DNA of 63,796 nucleotides, counting the filler, from Octopus bimaculoides (Eukaryota): assembly GCF_001194135.2 (NCBI RefSeq). It is 7 parts of 6 records of this genome, joined end to end, with 100 filler letters (N's around TTAATTAATTAA, not from the genome) between each part and the next. Parts side by side here need not be neighbours in the genome. Positions count along the whole stretch, not along the records: positions 1 to 12,970 come from NC_068989.1; positions 13,071 to 24,476 come from NC_068996.1; positions 24,577 to 51,704 come from NC_069009.1; 4 more parts are not named here. One strand, written 5' to 3'. The notes under the pieces are model-generated. The model was not told the DNA's origin. It saw nothing but the letters and a program-made list of their open reading frames with translations, and ran no database searches. This document shows positions 11,849 through 24,612 of this stretch, piece after piece; position 1 is the stretch's first letter, and the number at the start of each line of letters is the position of its first letter. The position numbers and the translations under genes are program-made.

Positions 11849-12970
11849 GTTTTGTTGAAACTGTTTCATAAAAGTTTACGTTGAAAAAAGATTATGTTCT
11901 GTTTTGTTGCCAAACTGAACGGAATTTTAAGGAATTGGTCTGTACCGTTTTGGTCCTTCGATGCCGAATTTGATAAATCTATCTCGAATTTAGTGTGTGT
12001 TGGCACTCCGTCGCTTACGACGTCGAGGGTTCCAGTTGATCCGATCAACGGAACAGCCTGNNNNNNNNNNNNNNNNNNNNNNNNNNNNNNNNNNNNNNNN
12101 NNNNNNNNNNNNNNNNNNNNNNNNNNNNNNNNNNNNNNNNNNNNNNNNNNNNNNNNNNNNNNNNNNNNNNNNNNNNNNNNNNNNNNNNNNNNNNNNNNNN
12201 NNNNNNNNNNNNNNNNNNNNNNNNNNNNNNNNNNNNNNNNNNNNNNNNNNNNNNNNNNNNNNNNNNNTTTAGACATTCCTTTAAAATAAAACACACGTAG
12301 TGTCGCAAATGAAGGGTGTAGGTGGCTGTTAGAATAGCCATAGCAAAAAAAAAAAAAACGTAAGAAAGAAAATTCCACAATTTATTCTCACTACACCGAT
12401 AGTAAACCCATTATGTAGCCTTAACAGCAGCAGCAACAACAACAACAAAAACGACAATATGCCAAGCAACGACAACAACAACCTGCCAGACACCACTACC
12501 GTCGTCGCTAACACCGCAGCACGTAACAGTAACAGCAACAACAACAAAACCAGCAGCAATAAGAACATTAGCAGCAGCAAAAAAAAAAGAAAAAAATATA
12601 TATGTATATATAGGTGCAGGAGTGGCTGTGTGGTAAGTAGCTTGCTTACCAACCACATGGCTCCGGGTTCAGTCCCACTGCGTGGCACTTTGGGCAAGTG
12701 TCTCTTACTATAGCCTCGGGCCGACCAAAGCCTTGTGAGTGGATTTGGTAGACGGAAACTGAAAGAAGCCCATCGTATATATGTATATGTATAACTACCC
12801 TTGGCAAACAGGACACAGTCGTGTGTCGATAAGCCAGCTGGAGGAGATGTCCTCCTGGGGCTAAAAGCAACAGTAACATCCACCCCTAGGGGTCAGCCAC
12901 ACTTAAGTGGCAATATACTACACTTTATCGTGCAGTTACTGTTAATACTTCATTTAGAGAATTAACATTG

Positions 12971-13070
12971 NNNNNNNNNNNNNNNNNNNNNNNNNNNNNN
13001 NNNNNNNNNNNNNNTTAATTAATTAANNNNNNNNNNNNNNNNNNNNNNNNNNNNNNNNNNNNNNNNNNNN
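12971..13070. other. Artificial scaffold-joining spacer (N44-TTAATTAATTAA-N44)
   Basis: Exactly 44 N + 12-mer with stops in all six frames + 44 N = 100 nt; the same structure occurs six times. Confidence 0.97.
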
Positions 13071-13272
13071 GCAGTAATGGCTCGAGAGTCAATACATACA
13101 GAAGGGAGGAGAGAGGACACCCTTGACGAACTGAACGCGAGATGTTGAACGGTTCCGATAGATGGCCGTTCACCCGTATGACCGAGCAGATGCCGCTGTA
13201 TAAAGCAGCTATCCACCCGCGGAAGACCGGACCGAAGCCAGCTGCCTTGAGAACAGCTGCCAGGTATCGATG
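13071..13272 (-). mobile_element. Tx1/L1-clade LINE reverse transcriptase fragment
   Basis: Hand translation HRYLAAVLKAAGFGPVFRGWIAALYSGICSVIRVNGHLSEPFNISRSVRQGCPLSSLLYVLTLEPLL, containing the RQGCPLS RT motif. Cut by the scaffold end. Confidence 0.85.
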
Positions 13273-13289
13273 GTTAAGCCCCCGTTAAG

Positions 13290-13860
13290 GGTCTTACTAA
13301 CTTCATTAAGAAGTTGAAATTTTAGGAATATTACTTCATTTGTGTTTAATATCTATGGTTAAAATTTCATCAACAGCAAAAGTATATGAATGTTCATGGG
13401 GGTTATGGCCTCATTTATGCCCTTCACTTTCAAACATATACTGCAATACATTCATCTTTATGCATAGAATATAATTTCCAAATTTCATAAAGATCCATTC
13501 AATACTTTTGACCTTGTTTTAGATCATAAAAAATTACTAAAATTTGGGAGTTAATGCCCCCATTAGGGGGGTCTTAGAATCATCCAAAGAAATGGAAATT
13601 TTGGGTATATCTTTTAATTTATTTCTAATACCTATGGTTCAAATTTCATCTAAATCCAAAGCATATGAATTTTCACTGGGAGTTCTGCACTCCCTTTATG
13701 CCCTCTCAAAATTGTATGAAACATTTAGCATTTTCCTTCTCCCTAGACTTGGATTTTGTGCTCCAAATTTCATTAGGATTGGTCCAGTAGTTTTTGAATC
13801 TATAAGTAACACACAAATACAAATAAAGACATTAACTTTTGTATAATAGATATATATATA
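13290..13860 (+). mobile_element. Putative non-autonomous Helitron/Helentron-like element with internal subrepeats
   Basis: Repeated ctatggttnaaatttcatc...tatgaat units. The end ttggtccagtagtttttgaatctata...aatagat resembles Lep1/DINE-type termini. Confidence 0.35.
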
Positions 13861-14130
13861 TTGTTCACATGGTCACATCCAGTGGATCATACTAGCTTCA
13901 TTCCTTTCGAGCCTACGTATGTCCTCAGCAGTCATGGCCCATGTTTCACTGCCATGTAGCATGGCAGTTCACACACATGCACCATACAGTCTACCTTTCA
14001 TCCTGAGTTGCTAGCAGAGGTAGGAGCTACCTGAACTTTGCTCAGGCTATTCTTATTCTAGCTGCTACACTCTCCACTACAGACTTGGTCACCTAGGTAG
14101 CGGAAGCTATTTAACTACTTCTAGTTTCTC
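13858..14130 (-). mobile_element. Decayed RTE-type LINE fragment (post-RT region)
   Basis: Reverse complement aligns by eye with 35400-35800. Confidence 0.7.
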
Positions 14131-14233
14131 CCTCTGGCATGTGATGGAATCTGTCCAAAATTAACTTATGTTTCCTTGATTATTTCAGAGTTTTATGCTA
14201 AAATACGTTTAGATACAGTTAATAAACAGTAAA

Positions 14234-14694
14234 ATGCCTAAAACAAGGGAGTTGAGTGAGTGTGAGTGAGGTCAAATCATAGCTCATCATGAAGATGGAA
14301 TGTCTCTAAGGCAACTTGCTCAGAAGATGAAATGTTCTCGGTGTGCGGTGCAAACGACTCTCAAGCACTTCAGAGAGACAAAAGATGTGAAAACGATACA
14401 AGGGACAGGTAGAAAAAAAGTTACATCACCTCGTGATTACAGATCCATCATCCATCAGCCAATCAGAAACAGGAAAAAAAAAAAACATTGTCGGAGCTCT
14501 GTGCGAACTTCAGCAAGGCAAGTACTTCACAAATATTAACCAGAACTGCTAGAAGAAGGCTTGTAGAGTATGGTCTGAAAGGCTGTAAAGCCAGGAAGAA
14601 GCCATGGGTTTCTGAAGCGAAGGTAGAAAAACGTCTTTGGTGGGCCAAAAATCACTCAAATTGGACCAGTGAGCAATGGTCAAAAGTCATATGA
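14234..14694 (+). mobile_element. Tc1-family transposase pseudogene, N-terminal HTH half
   Basis: MPKTRELSECE*GQIIAHHEDGMSLRQLAQKMKCSRCAV...TARRRLVEYGLKGCKARKKPW...RLWWAKNHSNWTSEQWSKVI; one stop and a frameshift; DDE domain missing. Confidence 0.9.
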
Positions 14695-15167
14695 AAAAAT
14701 GTAGAAGGGTATTTTAATAGACTACACAAATATAAATTTTGAAGGCTTCAAAATTTTTCAAGATTCTTTGAGAATTCTAAGAATTTTTGATATTGTATGC
14801 ATTGTTTCAGAAACATTTTTTTCAAGGATTTTTAGAAGTTTGTGTAGTCTACTAAAATCTCATCCTTTCCATACTTTTTCATTTTTTCATTTTTTTTCTT
14901 TTTCCACTTTTCATCTTCTCTTGTCTTGTTCTTAAGTACTTTTAATTTCTTTTAAATTAACTTCTCTTAAATAAACTTAACTTTCCCTGCAATGAATTCA
15001 GTTTTGATATTTCACCCTCCTCCTTTACTTTCCTAACCTCTGTTACTGATGATGTTACGCTGTTGTCTTTCTAAACTATATTTTTATATACGTATGTATG
15101 TGTGTGTGTGTGTATGGGTATCTATATATGTGTGTGTGTATAGGTATATATATATATACATGTAGAA

Positions 15168-18100
15168 GGGTGGGCTGAAAAGTTCATAGGCTGACTATAA
15201 ACAAATGATGATAGGACTGTGAAATCTTTGATGCACACATGGATGTCATGCGTGAGAAATGAAAAGAGGTTCACCTACCTTCCTCTCTCATCTAAGCCTG
15301 TCTAGTAGTAGTCACTCTGGCAATCCTGCCCTAACCTGTCACCCAGTACAAGCAGCTGCTATCTCACCAACCCAAGAGTAAATTCCCTCATGTCCATTTG
15401 CGATGCCAAAAAAGGACAACCCTGTCCTGTCCCCACTGCACTTCCCTTCTCACATTTCCTCTTCCAGTCAGTCCCTTGACCATTGACATCATGCCCCTCT
15501 TCTTCCGGCTCACCCCNNNNNNNNNNNNNATCTCCTCCACACTTCATGCCATGTCAAAATTTACCACCCACCTGGGTGGGCGCCTTGCATGTTGTGATCT
15601 TCTCAAACTGGGAACCTCATTCTCTTCTTCTTCTCCACAATCATCATCTGATGAAGTGACAATCCTACGAACATCCAAGACATGATGCTGCATTTCATCC
15701 ACAGAGATGTTTTTGGAATTGACAGCTGTCACTATTCCTCTGTTCCACTGAGTTGTGCAGCGTGTCTTTGGTGGCTTGACCCAGACTTCATCTCCCACTT
15801 CCATGAAGTCAGGCTCTCTCTCTTCTACAGGGCATCTCAATGGTTTACTTGGATGCTGCCATTCATATTTGAATATCACTCTATGTGGCACAGACTCTTC
15901 AGCCTGTCCTGATCGGGGTGACATGTACCAGAACACCGCTTCTAGCAGTGAGACATGTCCCCTCTCCACCATAGCCTTGATTGTTCGATGATGTCTTTCC
16001 ATAATTCCATTTCCACTCGGCCTGTATGTCACTCTGAATAAGTGGTGCACTTTCCATCTGTCAAGCATCTCCTTCAGCAGCTCTGAATGAAACGCTGTGC
16101 TGCTGTCCATCAGCAATTCATCCACAGGGCTCCGCTCTAAGAATACCTCATTTAGTATACATGCCATCTTGTCTGCAGGGCCTCTCCTCAATTCCCTCCA
16201 AATGGCCAACTGGCCTGGCCCACAATCAACCATCGAGAGATACGTTCCCTATCAATAGTGTGTTACATCCACTGCTAATCATCTCCAGTTATGCTTAACC
16301 GAAATGTTTCCCTGCTCATGCGCACCCAAAGAAGGGTTGATGGACTGACACCTGTCACAGTTCCCGACCACCTTCTGGATGCTCCATCTGGTAACGTCGG
16401 CGTCAGTCATCCTGGCAAGATACAGGGTCTGATCCATGCCCATATGCATGGCATGCAGTCTCCTTAGCTCGGAGTCATTTAACTGACACACCACAGCTAC
16501 CCCTTGCTTCAATTCTTCCAGCTCCCCTAACCAGGCCTTTTTTTACCCTGGTTAGAGCATCTACCTTGTTTCTCTGTGAAGGTACAAAGACCACATTCAG
16601 CTTCAGGTTGAACTTGCCAATGAGCTCCCCTAGAATCTCTAGGCGGTGCTTCACTAGCATTCCCACAGCCTCTTTGGTTTGCACCCTCTTCTTGTCGGTG
16701 ATCACTGATCCTACCCAGCCAAGCATGGTAACTGAATCTGTACTGATTTCGATGGGGCGCAGCCCCAATTTCAGGGCCACATTCACTCCCTTCAGCATTG
16801 CGCCCAACTCAGCAACACTGATGTGGTTGTAGTCTGCTTTGTGAAGCCAGCCGGCATCCTTCACTTCAGTATCTCCAATTTCCAACACGATGCCTCTCTC
16901 AATGCTGCTAGTATCACACCATATGGTCCTGCTATTTGATTTGGGCACATGCCAGTTCCCTCTAACTGGGTCTTCCGCTCTCGTTCTCTCCAGGATTTCT
17001 TGCATCATTGCCACTGTCCCCTCTCTCACCTTGTCACTCCAGTTCTCTCCTTCTGCTCATCTCTTGGTGTAACTGCATGCTGTACGCAGCCACCTCATGA
17101 TAGGGTAGTGACCTACTAACTTCCCGCACATTGAGAACAGTTCTCTCCTGCTGACGTTGGTGCCCAGCTCCGGGATCTCGTCCCCCCCCCCTATGAAACA
17201 CCAATTTGCCTGTCTTGTCTCTCTGAAGCTTAAGCCTCAGTGCAGCTCCAGTGGCTTCACAATCAACCCGAATTTAAATGTCTCACAACCATTGTGGAAG
17301 GCACTATGGTCTCATCCACTAGGATGTCCACATCTATGTAGGTGGCCTTTCTTATCTTATCCACTTTTCCCAGGATGGATTTGAACACTGTCACCACAAT
17401 CTTCAGCGCAGAATTCAGCCCAAAACCCAACCTTGTTAGACAATATGTCTGGCCCTTGTATCGCACCAGTTGGTACTGCCACAGTTTGTCGTTCACATAG
17501 AGCTGCAAATATGCTGACTTCAAGTCGATGATTGTGTGGAGAGTCTTGAACATGACCCAGAGTCTGGATGTCCTGCAACTGTTACTACCAAGGAAAACAT
17601 TGTCATGTTCACCACATGCTGATGGATGACAGGCGATTGATTACAAACCAAAAAGCAAATGCTATTAATATATCCCATGAGAAAGTTGAGAATATTCTGC
17701 ACAATGAACTTGGCATAACGACAGTTTCTGCTTAGTGGCTGCCACATCTGATAGCTGATCAAAAGCAAAACAGGCTGATCACATCATTGGAAAATCTCAC
17801 ATTGTTTGAGGTTGATCCAGCTGGTTTCCTTGAGTGTTGGGTTCATCACTTTGAGCCAGAGAGAAAGAGACATTCCATGCAGTGGAAACATCCCTCCCTA
17901 TCTGCTCCAAAGAAAGCCAAGGTCACTTCATCTGTAGGGAAGGTGACAGCCTCAGTATTTTGGAATGCAACAGGTATTGTGTTTATTTGACTATCTACAA
18001 GAGGGCTACACAATCAATGGAGAGTACTATGCCAACTTGCTGAGGCAGTTATGAAAGGCTATGAATACCAAATACCCATGAAAACTGATGAAAGGGGTCT

Positions 18101-18456
18101 TGTTTCCAGCACACAAGTCCTTGGTTTCAATGGCTGTTGTGTGTAACTGTGGCTTTGAACTAGTTGATTACTGTCCCTATTCTGATTTGGCCCCATCTGA
18201 CTATCATCTGTTCCCTGACACAAGAAAACACTTGGCTGGGAACCAATATTGCAGTGATGATGATGATGTCATATCTGCTGCTGTTGATTTTCTTTGAGCA
18301 ACAGGATGAAAGCTTCTTCCCCAATGGGATCCAAGCACTGCAACACTGATGGGCGAAGTGTGTGGAGCACAAGGAGGACAATGTTGAAAAATAAACCTCA
18401 TTTGGTTACTTTCCATGACAGTATCTAGGTCAGCCTTTGAACCTTTCAGCTGACCC
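15168..18456 (+). mobile_element. Mariner transposon (decayed) interrupted by a Gypsy element
   Basis: 28-bp TIRs at 15168-15195 and 18429-18456 (24/28 match). Transposase remnants at ~17535-18392: WVHHFEPE..SMQWKHP, VFWNATGIVFI, PYSDLAPSDYHLFP. Confidence 0.85.
15244..17533 (-). mobile_element. Ty3/Gypsy LTR retrotransposon, 5'-deleted (RT-RNaseH-integrase plus probable 3' LTR)
   Basis: RT IDLKSAYLQL/RLGFGLNSA (17263-17533); RNaseH WCDTS..AEL..STDS (16475-17029); HHCC zinc finger (16279-16512); D,D35E integrase (15544-16233); purine tract then LTR-like sequence ending CA at 15244. Confidence 0.88.
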
Positions 18457-18520
18457 ATGTATGTATGTATGTATGTATGTATGTATGTATGTATGTATGT
18501 ATGTATGTATGTACACATGG

Positions 18521-19095
18521 TAATTCATACGATTATGAAAATAAATGTTTTTTTAAAAACCATTATCCTTCTCATCCTGATAATACTAAAATTCTAGTGA
18601 TGTTTGTGTGTACCCCAAATATCTCAGTATATATATAAGTATATTTTATCTTAATTTTCTTGCATATCTATTTTCATACTTACCTTCAGCAGTGCAAATT
18701 TTTGTGATATTTGGGACTCTATTAAGGAAAACGATTAAACACAATTTTTGTTATTTCTTGATGGAAAGAAACATCGCTTCCATGACATCAACATACATAC
18801 ACACATACAAAATACACACACATATAATGAATGGACAGTCCGAATTTTTTGCTTAAATCCCAGCTATGGACCCATACATACGTATGACGTATGTACGTAG
18901 TACGTATGTATGTATGTGCGTAAATATGTATGGGTCCATAGCTGAGATTTAAGCAAAAAATTTGGACTGTCCATATTTTAACCTCTGATTTAAAAGAAAA
19001 AATTCGAAAGAACCTTTAGGATCTATGGAGGGGGATAGTGGTTTAAAAAATTAAAAAGAAAAAAACAACATTTATTTGCATAATCGTATGAACAC
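18521..19095. repeat. Nested imperfect inverted-repeat (foldback-like) element
   Basis: 50-bp arms at 18831-18880 and 18925-18974 (2 mismatches); weaker outer arms at ~18521-18570 and ~19033-19092. Confidence 0.7.
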
Positions 19096-19234
19096 AAATT
19101 TGTAGAAATTTTCTTCGAATTAAAAAATGAAAAAAAAAATGGGTGTGCTTAAACCAGAATTCCGCTGGATAGACTTATCACTCTCTCTATATTTTTAAGG
19201 TACTTTCATTCTGTGTCTCTTCATAGCAGCACAG

Positions 19235-19292
19235 GGACCAAGCTAGCTCCCATACAGAATGGACCAAGCTAGCTCCCATACAGAATGGACCA
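19235..19292. repeat. 26-bp tandem duplication
   Basis: ggaccaagctagctcccatacagaat x2 + ggacca. Confidence 0.95.
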
Positions 19293-20944
19293 TGCTTACT
19301 GCAGTTTACAAATAATGTGTACACAAACAACGTGACGACGTTGATAATCTTATATATTGTAACGACATAGTTCTTATTAAATATATGGCTACCTTCATAA
19401 TTAATTCTTCATTCTTTCATTTCTCCAATGGTCCTTCTCATCTAAACATCATCGTTACATTTTGATGACTTCCTAACTTCTCTTCGAATTATGTTACTAT
19501 ATGTGTGTGTGTGTGTGCGTGCGCGTGCGCGTTATAAGTAAGTAGTTAGTTGCAGGCATAGCAGTGCATTGTAAACTTGAAAGAAGGCGGGCTGTATACC
19601 GTGAAAGCATTCCGTGTTTCTCGTTATCAAAGCAATTGTCTCCATTATTTTCTCCCTATATCAATAACTATTGTTACTTTCTATTTATAGTTTGTCAATA
19701 TAATATTTCTCACATGATTCTTTGTTATTGACCGCCGAGGCTGTGAAATCGTTAATGCTGATTTCAATATGAAGTGAAATATATAATACAGGCAAGTGTT
19801 TTTAATTGTTAAAACTGTATAAATAATGCTTTTGATGGTTGTTAAATATATAGTTTTTAATTGTATATTAGTATCAGTAATTATTTTTAAAATCTGTTTA
19901 TTTCCCTTTTCTTATTGGAATTTTTGCTTTGATTTTTCATTTCTTACATTGATCTGTTCGTTGTTCCTACAACGTTGAAGAATTTTGCTGAAAAACATGG
20001 CACTTGTATTATATTCATTTGTCTGTTTATAAACATTTGCTGCATCTCTGTCCATGGAATAAGTTAGTATTTCTTTCTACATTTCGAATTTGTAATATTT
20101 ACTTTGATTCAGTATTGATTCCATGAGCTACAAGTACAATTTTAAAATTATGTTCCATATATCCAGTAATTATTATTTGAACATATATTATTTCTACATG
20201 CATGCTTAACTTACACATGTTATATATACTTAATGTTAAAAATTGGCAGTAAGGGTTTCGTAAAGATTAAAACCTGTTTTGACATTTTTATTCTCATATT
20301 ATCACTGAATGGTTGTTTTGATTGATAGAACAAAGTTAAATTGGTCAATATAAAGATCCTCACACAGGAAAAAAAAAATAATCAGCCTGGGGGTGTTAAC
20401 AAGTATGTGGAAAACGAATATGAAAAAAAATGCACGCTGACGACTCTGGTGGGGGTGAGGAGGGGACTTTCGGAAAATTCACAAGATCCGATTTTTCCGT
20501 TATAACTTCCGGTAAAATCGATATATATTGATCTTTTTTACGGAATCCAACGTTTTTGGTTATCGAAGATAACCTCCTTATTTTTCACTTCCCCCCCTCC
20601 CCAAATTTTTTTTGCGAAATACGTAGAAAAATAGGTCAATATAAAGATCCTCACTATGTTAAATTTTTATGTTGCCTCTAACTGCAAGCTAAAAGGGTTT
20701 ATTTGATTTCTTATAATGGTATATAATTCTTCACTACGCTAGCTTATTTGTCACACTACTATCTTAAGAATATTGCAAAGATAAACGTCACTGTTGTGAT
20801 ATCATAGTCCGTCTTCCACACAAGTTACTTCTCTAGTAAGGGCAGTATGTATAAGAAATTTCATTCGTCCGATCACTGAAGTTAAGCAACGTCTCTGCAA
20901 TACATATACTAAGGTAGAGATGGACTATATGTAATCTGAACCTT

Positions 20945-21270
20945 TCCGCCCCCCCCCTTATTTATTATTTTTTTAAACGGAATCCCACGTTTTAGGCTAT
21001 GGAGATTCCGATTCTGAAAAAAAAAATTTTGAAAAATTTCAATCCCCCCCACCAAGCAGGCTATTTACATGCTAGAAATAACAGCCAAATCTCACAAAAC
21101 TAGTGTTAGGGTTAGGGTTAGGTTTACCCTGTGGATCTGTATAAAAACCGGGGAGGGGGTCGAAATTTTGAAATTGAGATTTTTGAAAATTTTTTTCCAG
21201 AATCGGATTCTCCATGGTCTGAAACATAGGATTCCGTAAAAAAAAACAAAATTTAAAAGGGGGGGGGTAT
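20945..21270. repeat. Imperfect palindromic non-autonomous DNA element
   Basis: acggaatcccacgttttaggctatggagattccgattctg mirrored by cagaatcggattctccatggtctgaaacataggattccgt. Confidence 0.7.
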
Positions 21271-21872
21271 ACCCAGATTACATATACTCCATCTCCACCG
21301 CCAGGGGTTTTCAAACTATGGTCCGCAAGGACAAGACGGGAGGTCCGTGGACAGCAAATATTTTTATGGGCAATTTGATTTTATACATGTTTTTTAATCG
21401 AAATCTTTTAATTGACAATAAACCTATTTGTTAAATACTGTTAAATAAATAAATTTCATAAGCGTTTATAAGGGCTAAGGTAAAGCCTGAAATATAAAGG
21501 GATCCGCAAGTCTGGCGCAGGCGTGACTGTGGTAAGTAGCTTGCTTCCCAGTCACATGGTTTCGGGTTGAGTCCCACTGCGTGGCACCTTGGCAACTGTC
21601 TTCTACTACAGCCTTAAGCCGACCAAACCCTTGGTACTACTAAAGCAGAGTGGTCCCCAACGCGCACCCGAGCTAGCTAGTCGTGAGTAGTCAATCCTAC
21701 AAGCGCGCGTGCGCGAGTATGCAAACGAATACCTGTGCTCGCGCGCGCGTATGCAAATTAATACATGCGTGTGAAACTTTCAGTACTTAAGTCACTTTGC
21801 AACTTCTACTAATTATCTATCTTCATTTCTATTTATCTACCAATCCATTTATATATATGTATATTTGTATGT

Positions 21873-21912
<40 letters not shown>

Positions 21913-23156
21913 GCGAGTAAAAATAAATANNNNNNNNNNNNNNNNNNNNNNNNNNNNNNNNNNNNNNNNNNNNNNNNNNNNNNNNNNNNNNNNNNNNNNN
22001 NNNNNNNNNNNNNNNNNNNNNNNNNNNNNCGCAATTTGTCTCTTGCTCTATCGCGCGCCAATATGCAACCCAACCAATCACATCCTTCAAATAAGGTCAC
22101 GTGTGACAGTCTGTTTTCAACCCAGCTTTGAGCCTACAACTTATAAAACTCGAGCTTCCCCTTGTCTCAAGGTCTTTCAGTTCCAGACCTTTTAAGGTCT
22201 AGCCACTCATCACACAAGACAGCCAGTTCCAGCGACAACACAACAGCAGCCATGTGGAGACTCACCAACTTCGTCCAACAGCATTCAGTGACCTCCATCT
22301 CCATCACCACCATTCGTCCTAACGTCAACAGCTCTCTTCATACTCACACTGGTTACAACACTGCACTGTTCGTGAATTACTTCACCATGGATCAACAGCA
22401 TATATTACAACCTGCGAGAACTCCTGTACCAAGTGACCCAGGCAGCAGCATCACAGCCACAACTTCACATATGATACATACCACAACTGGCTCTGCATCA
22501 TCGCCACAACTTCTTGATACAGCATTTCAACAATCGTGTACAATTGACTNNNNNNNNNNNNNNNNNNNNNNNNNNNNNNNNNNNNNNNNNNNNNNNNNNN
22601 NNNNNNNNNNNNNNNNNNNNNNNNNNNNNNNNNNNNNNNNNNNNNNNNNNNNNNNNNNNNNNNNNNNNNNNNNNNNNNNNNNNNNNNNNNNNNNNNNNNN
22701 NNNNNNNNNNNNNNNNNNNNNNNNNNNNNNNNNNNNNNNNNNNNNNNNNNNNNNNNNNNNNNNNNNNNNNNNNNNNNNNNNNNNNNNNNNNNNNNNNNNN
22801 NNNNNNNNNNNNNNNNNNNNNNNNNNNNNNNNNNNNNNNNNNNNNNNNNNNNNNNNNNNNNNNNNNNNNNNNNNNNNNNNNNNNNNNNNNNNNNNNNNNN
22901 NNNNNNNNNNNNNNNNNNNNNNNNNNNNNNNNNNNNNNNNNNNNNNNNNNNNNNNNNNNNNNNNNNNNNNNNNNNNNNNNNNNNNNNNNNNNNNNNNNNN
23001 NNNNNNNNNNNNNNNNNNNNNNNNNNNNNNNNNNNNNNNNNNNNNNNNNNNNNNNNNNNNNNNNNNNNNNNNNNNNNNNNNNNNNNNNNNNNNNNNNNNN
23101 NNNNNNNNNNNNNNNNNNNNNNNNNNNNNNNNNNNNNNNNNNNNNNNNNNNNNNNN

Positions 23157-23194
<38 letters not shown>

Positions 23195-23197
<3 letters not shown>

Positions 23198-23517
23198 CGC
23201 CTTCCTGGCACATGAAATGACATTTGAGCGAGATCGTTGCCAGTGCCGATGGACTGGCTCCTGTGCAGGTAGCATGTAGAATACACCATTTCGAGCGTGG
23301 CCGTAGCCAGTACCTCCTGACTGGCCTCCATGCCGGTGGCACGTAAAAGCACCCACTACACTCTCGGAGTGGTTGGCGTTAGGAAGGGCATGCAGCTGTA
23401 GAAACTCTGCCAAATCAGATTGGAGCCTGGTGTAGCCATCTGGTTCACCAGTCCTCAGTCAAATCGTCCAACCCATGCTAGCATGGAAAGCGGACGTTAA
23501 ACGATGATGATGATGAT
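23195..23517 (+). repeat. RTE 3'-UTR-derived repeat with (GAT)n tail
   Basis: Near-identical to 39540-39880 and homologous to the 3' end of the RTE at 35940-36395. Confidence 0.85.
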
Positions 23518-24476
23518 ATATATATAAATATAGATATATATTTTTATATATTGATTGACTGATTGATTGGTTATTCGATTGAAACAGGTATGGAAACAGG
23601 TATACAGGACATTCAGTTTCTGAGTCATCAATTCAATGATTGTTGCACTTCTTCAGCTGTGCAAATCCAGTGCATTTGGAAATTTGATTACAAAACATAA
23701 AAATACAGACACAACCAGTATTTTCTTCCAACGTGTTTTATAATTAATGGAGCCAAGTGTACCAGACTTGCACAGCTGAAGACATAAAATAATCATCTAT
23801 ACATATATATACCTTAATATATAAAGCTGAAGTTGTGTGTCTGTGTGAAGCCTTTTTAAANNNNNNNNNNTGTACCAAGTGACCCAGGCAGCAGCATCAC
23901 AGCCACAACTTCACATATGATACATACCACAACTGGCTCTGCATCATCGCCACAACTTCTTGATACAGCATTTCAACAATCGTGTACAATTGACTACGAA
24001 CTGGTATTTATCATTCTTGTGACTATGAACTTACTCCTCACTTCGATGACTATAGACACTTTCACTGTCTCTTCTTTATCGCCATCCTTGTATGTTCTTA
24101 ACACGCATACTATGCCTACATACACATGCATACATCTTCTTCTTATGACGGCCTGTCTATTATTCTGTATATATGATGCACACACAATTACACATGTTAA
24201 CATATCAATAAATCTCTTAAACATTCTACCCGGTTGTGTCTCTTATTTTCCTCTGGCACATATATGCATTGTTCTATTTATTTATTGTATCGACCATGTG
24301 ATGTACTAAGGAGCCATTCTCATCGCCTCACTTCGCACGGACATCACAAATCAGCGACCCGTTCCAGTTCCTTGAAGCTACACAAATAATTATAATGGGA
24401 GGAGGAGATACTCCACAGGTATCATAAACCTTCAATTCCATTATATATATGTATGTATATATATATATATATATAT

Positions 24477-24576
24477 NNNNNNNNNNNNNNNNNNNNNNNN
24501 NNNNNNNNNNNNNNNNNNNNTTAATTAATTAANNNNNNNNNNNNNNNNNNNNNNNNNNNNNNNNNNNNNNNNNNNN
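24477..24576. other. Artificial scaffold-joining spacer
   Basis: N44-TTAATTAATTAA(24521-24532)-N44. Confidence 0.97.

Positions 24577-24612
<36 letters not shown>

Noticed and set aside
13015-13026. Recurrent TTAATTAATTAA as a possible biological motif or CRISPR-like repeat
   Set aside because: Always centred in exactly 88 Ns; an artificial six-frame-stop linker.
21106-21122. (TTAGGG)-like telomeric hexamers
   Set aside because: Under three units, inside a palindromic repeat element; too short for an interstitial telomere call.
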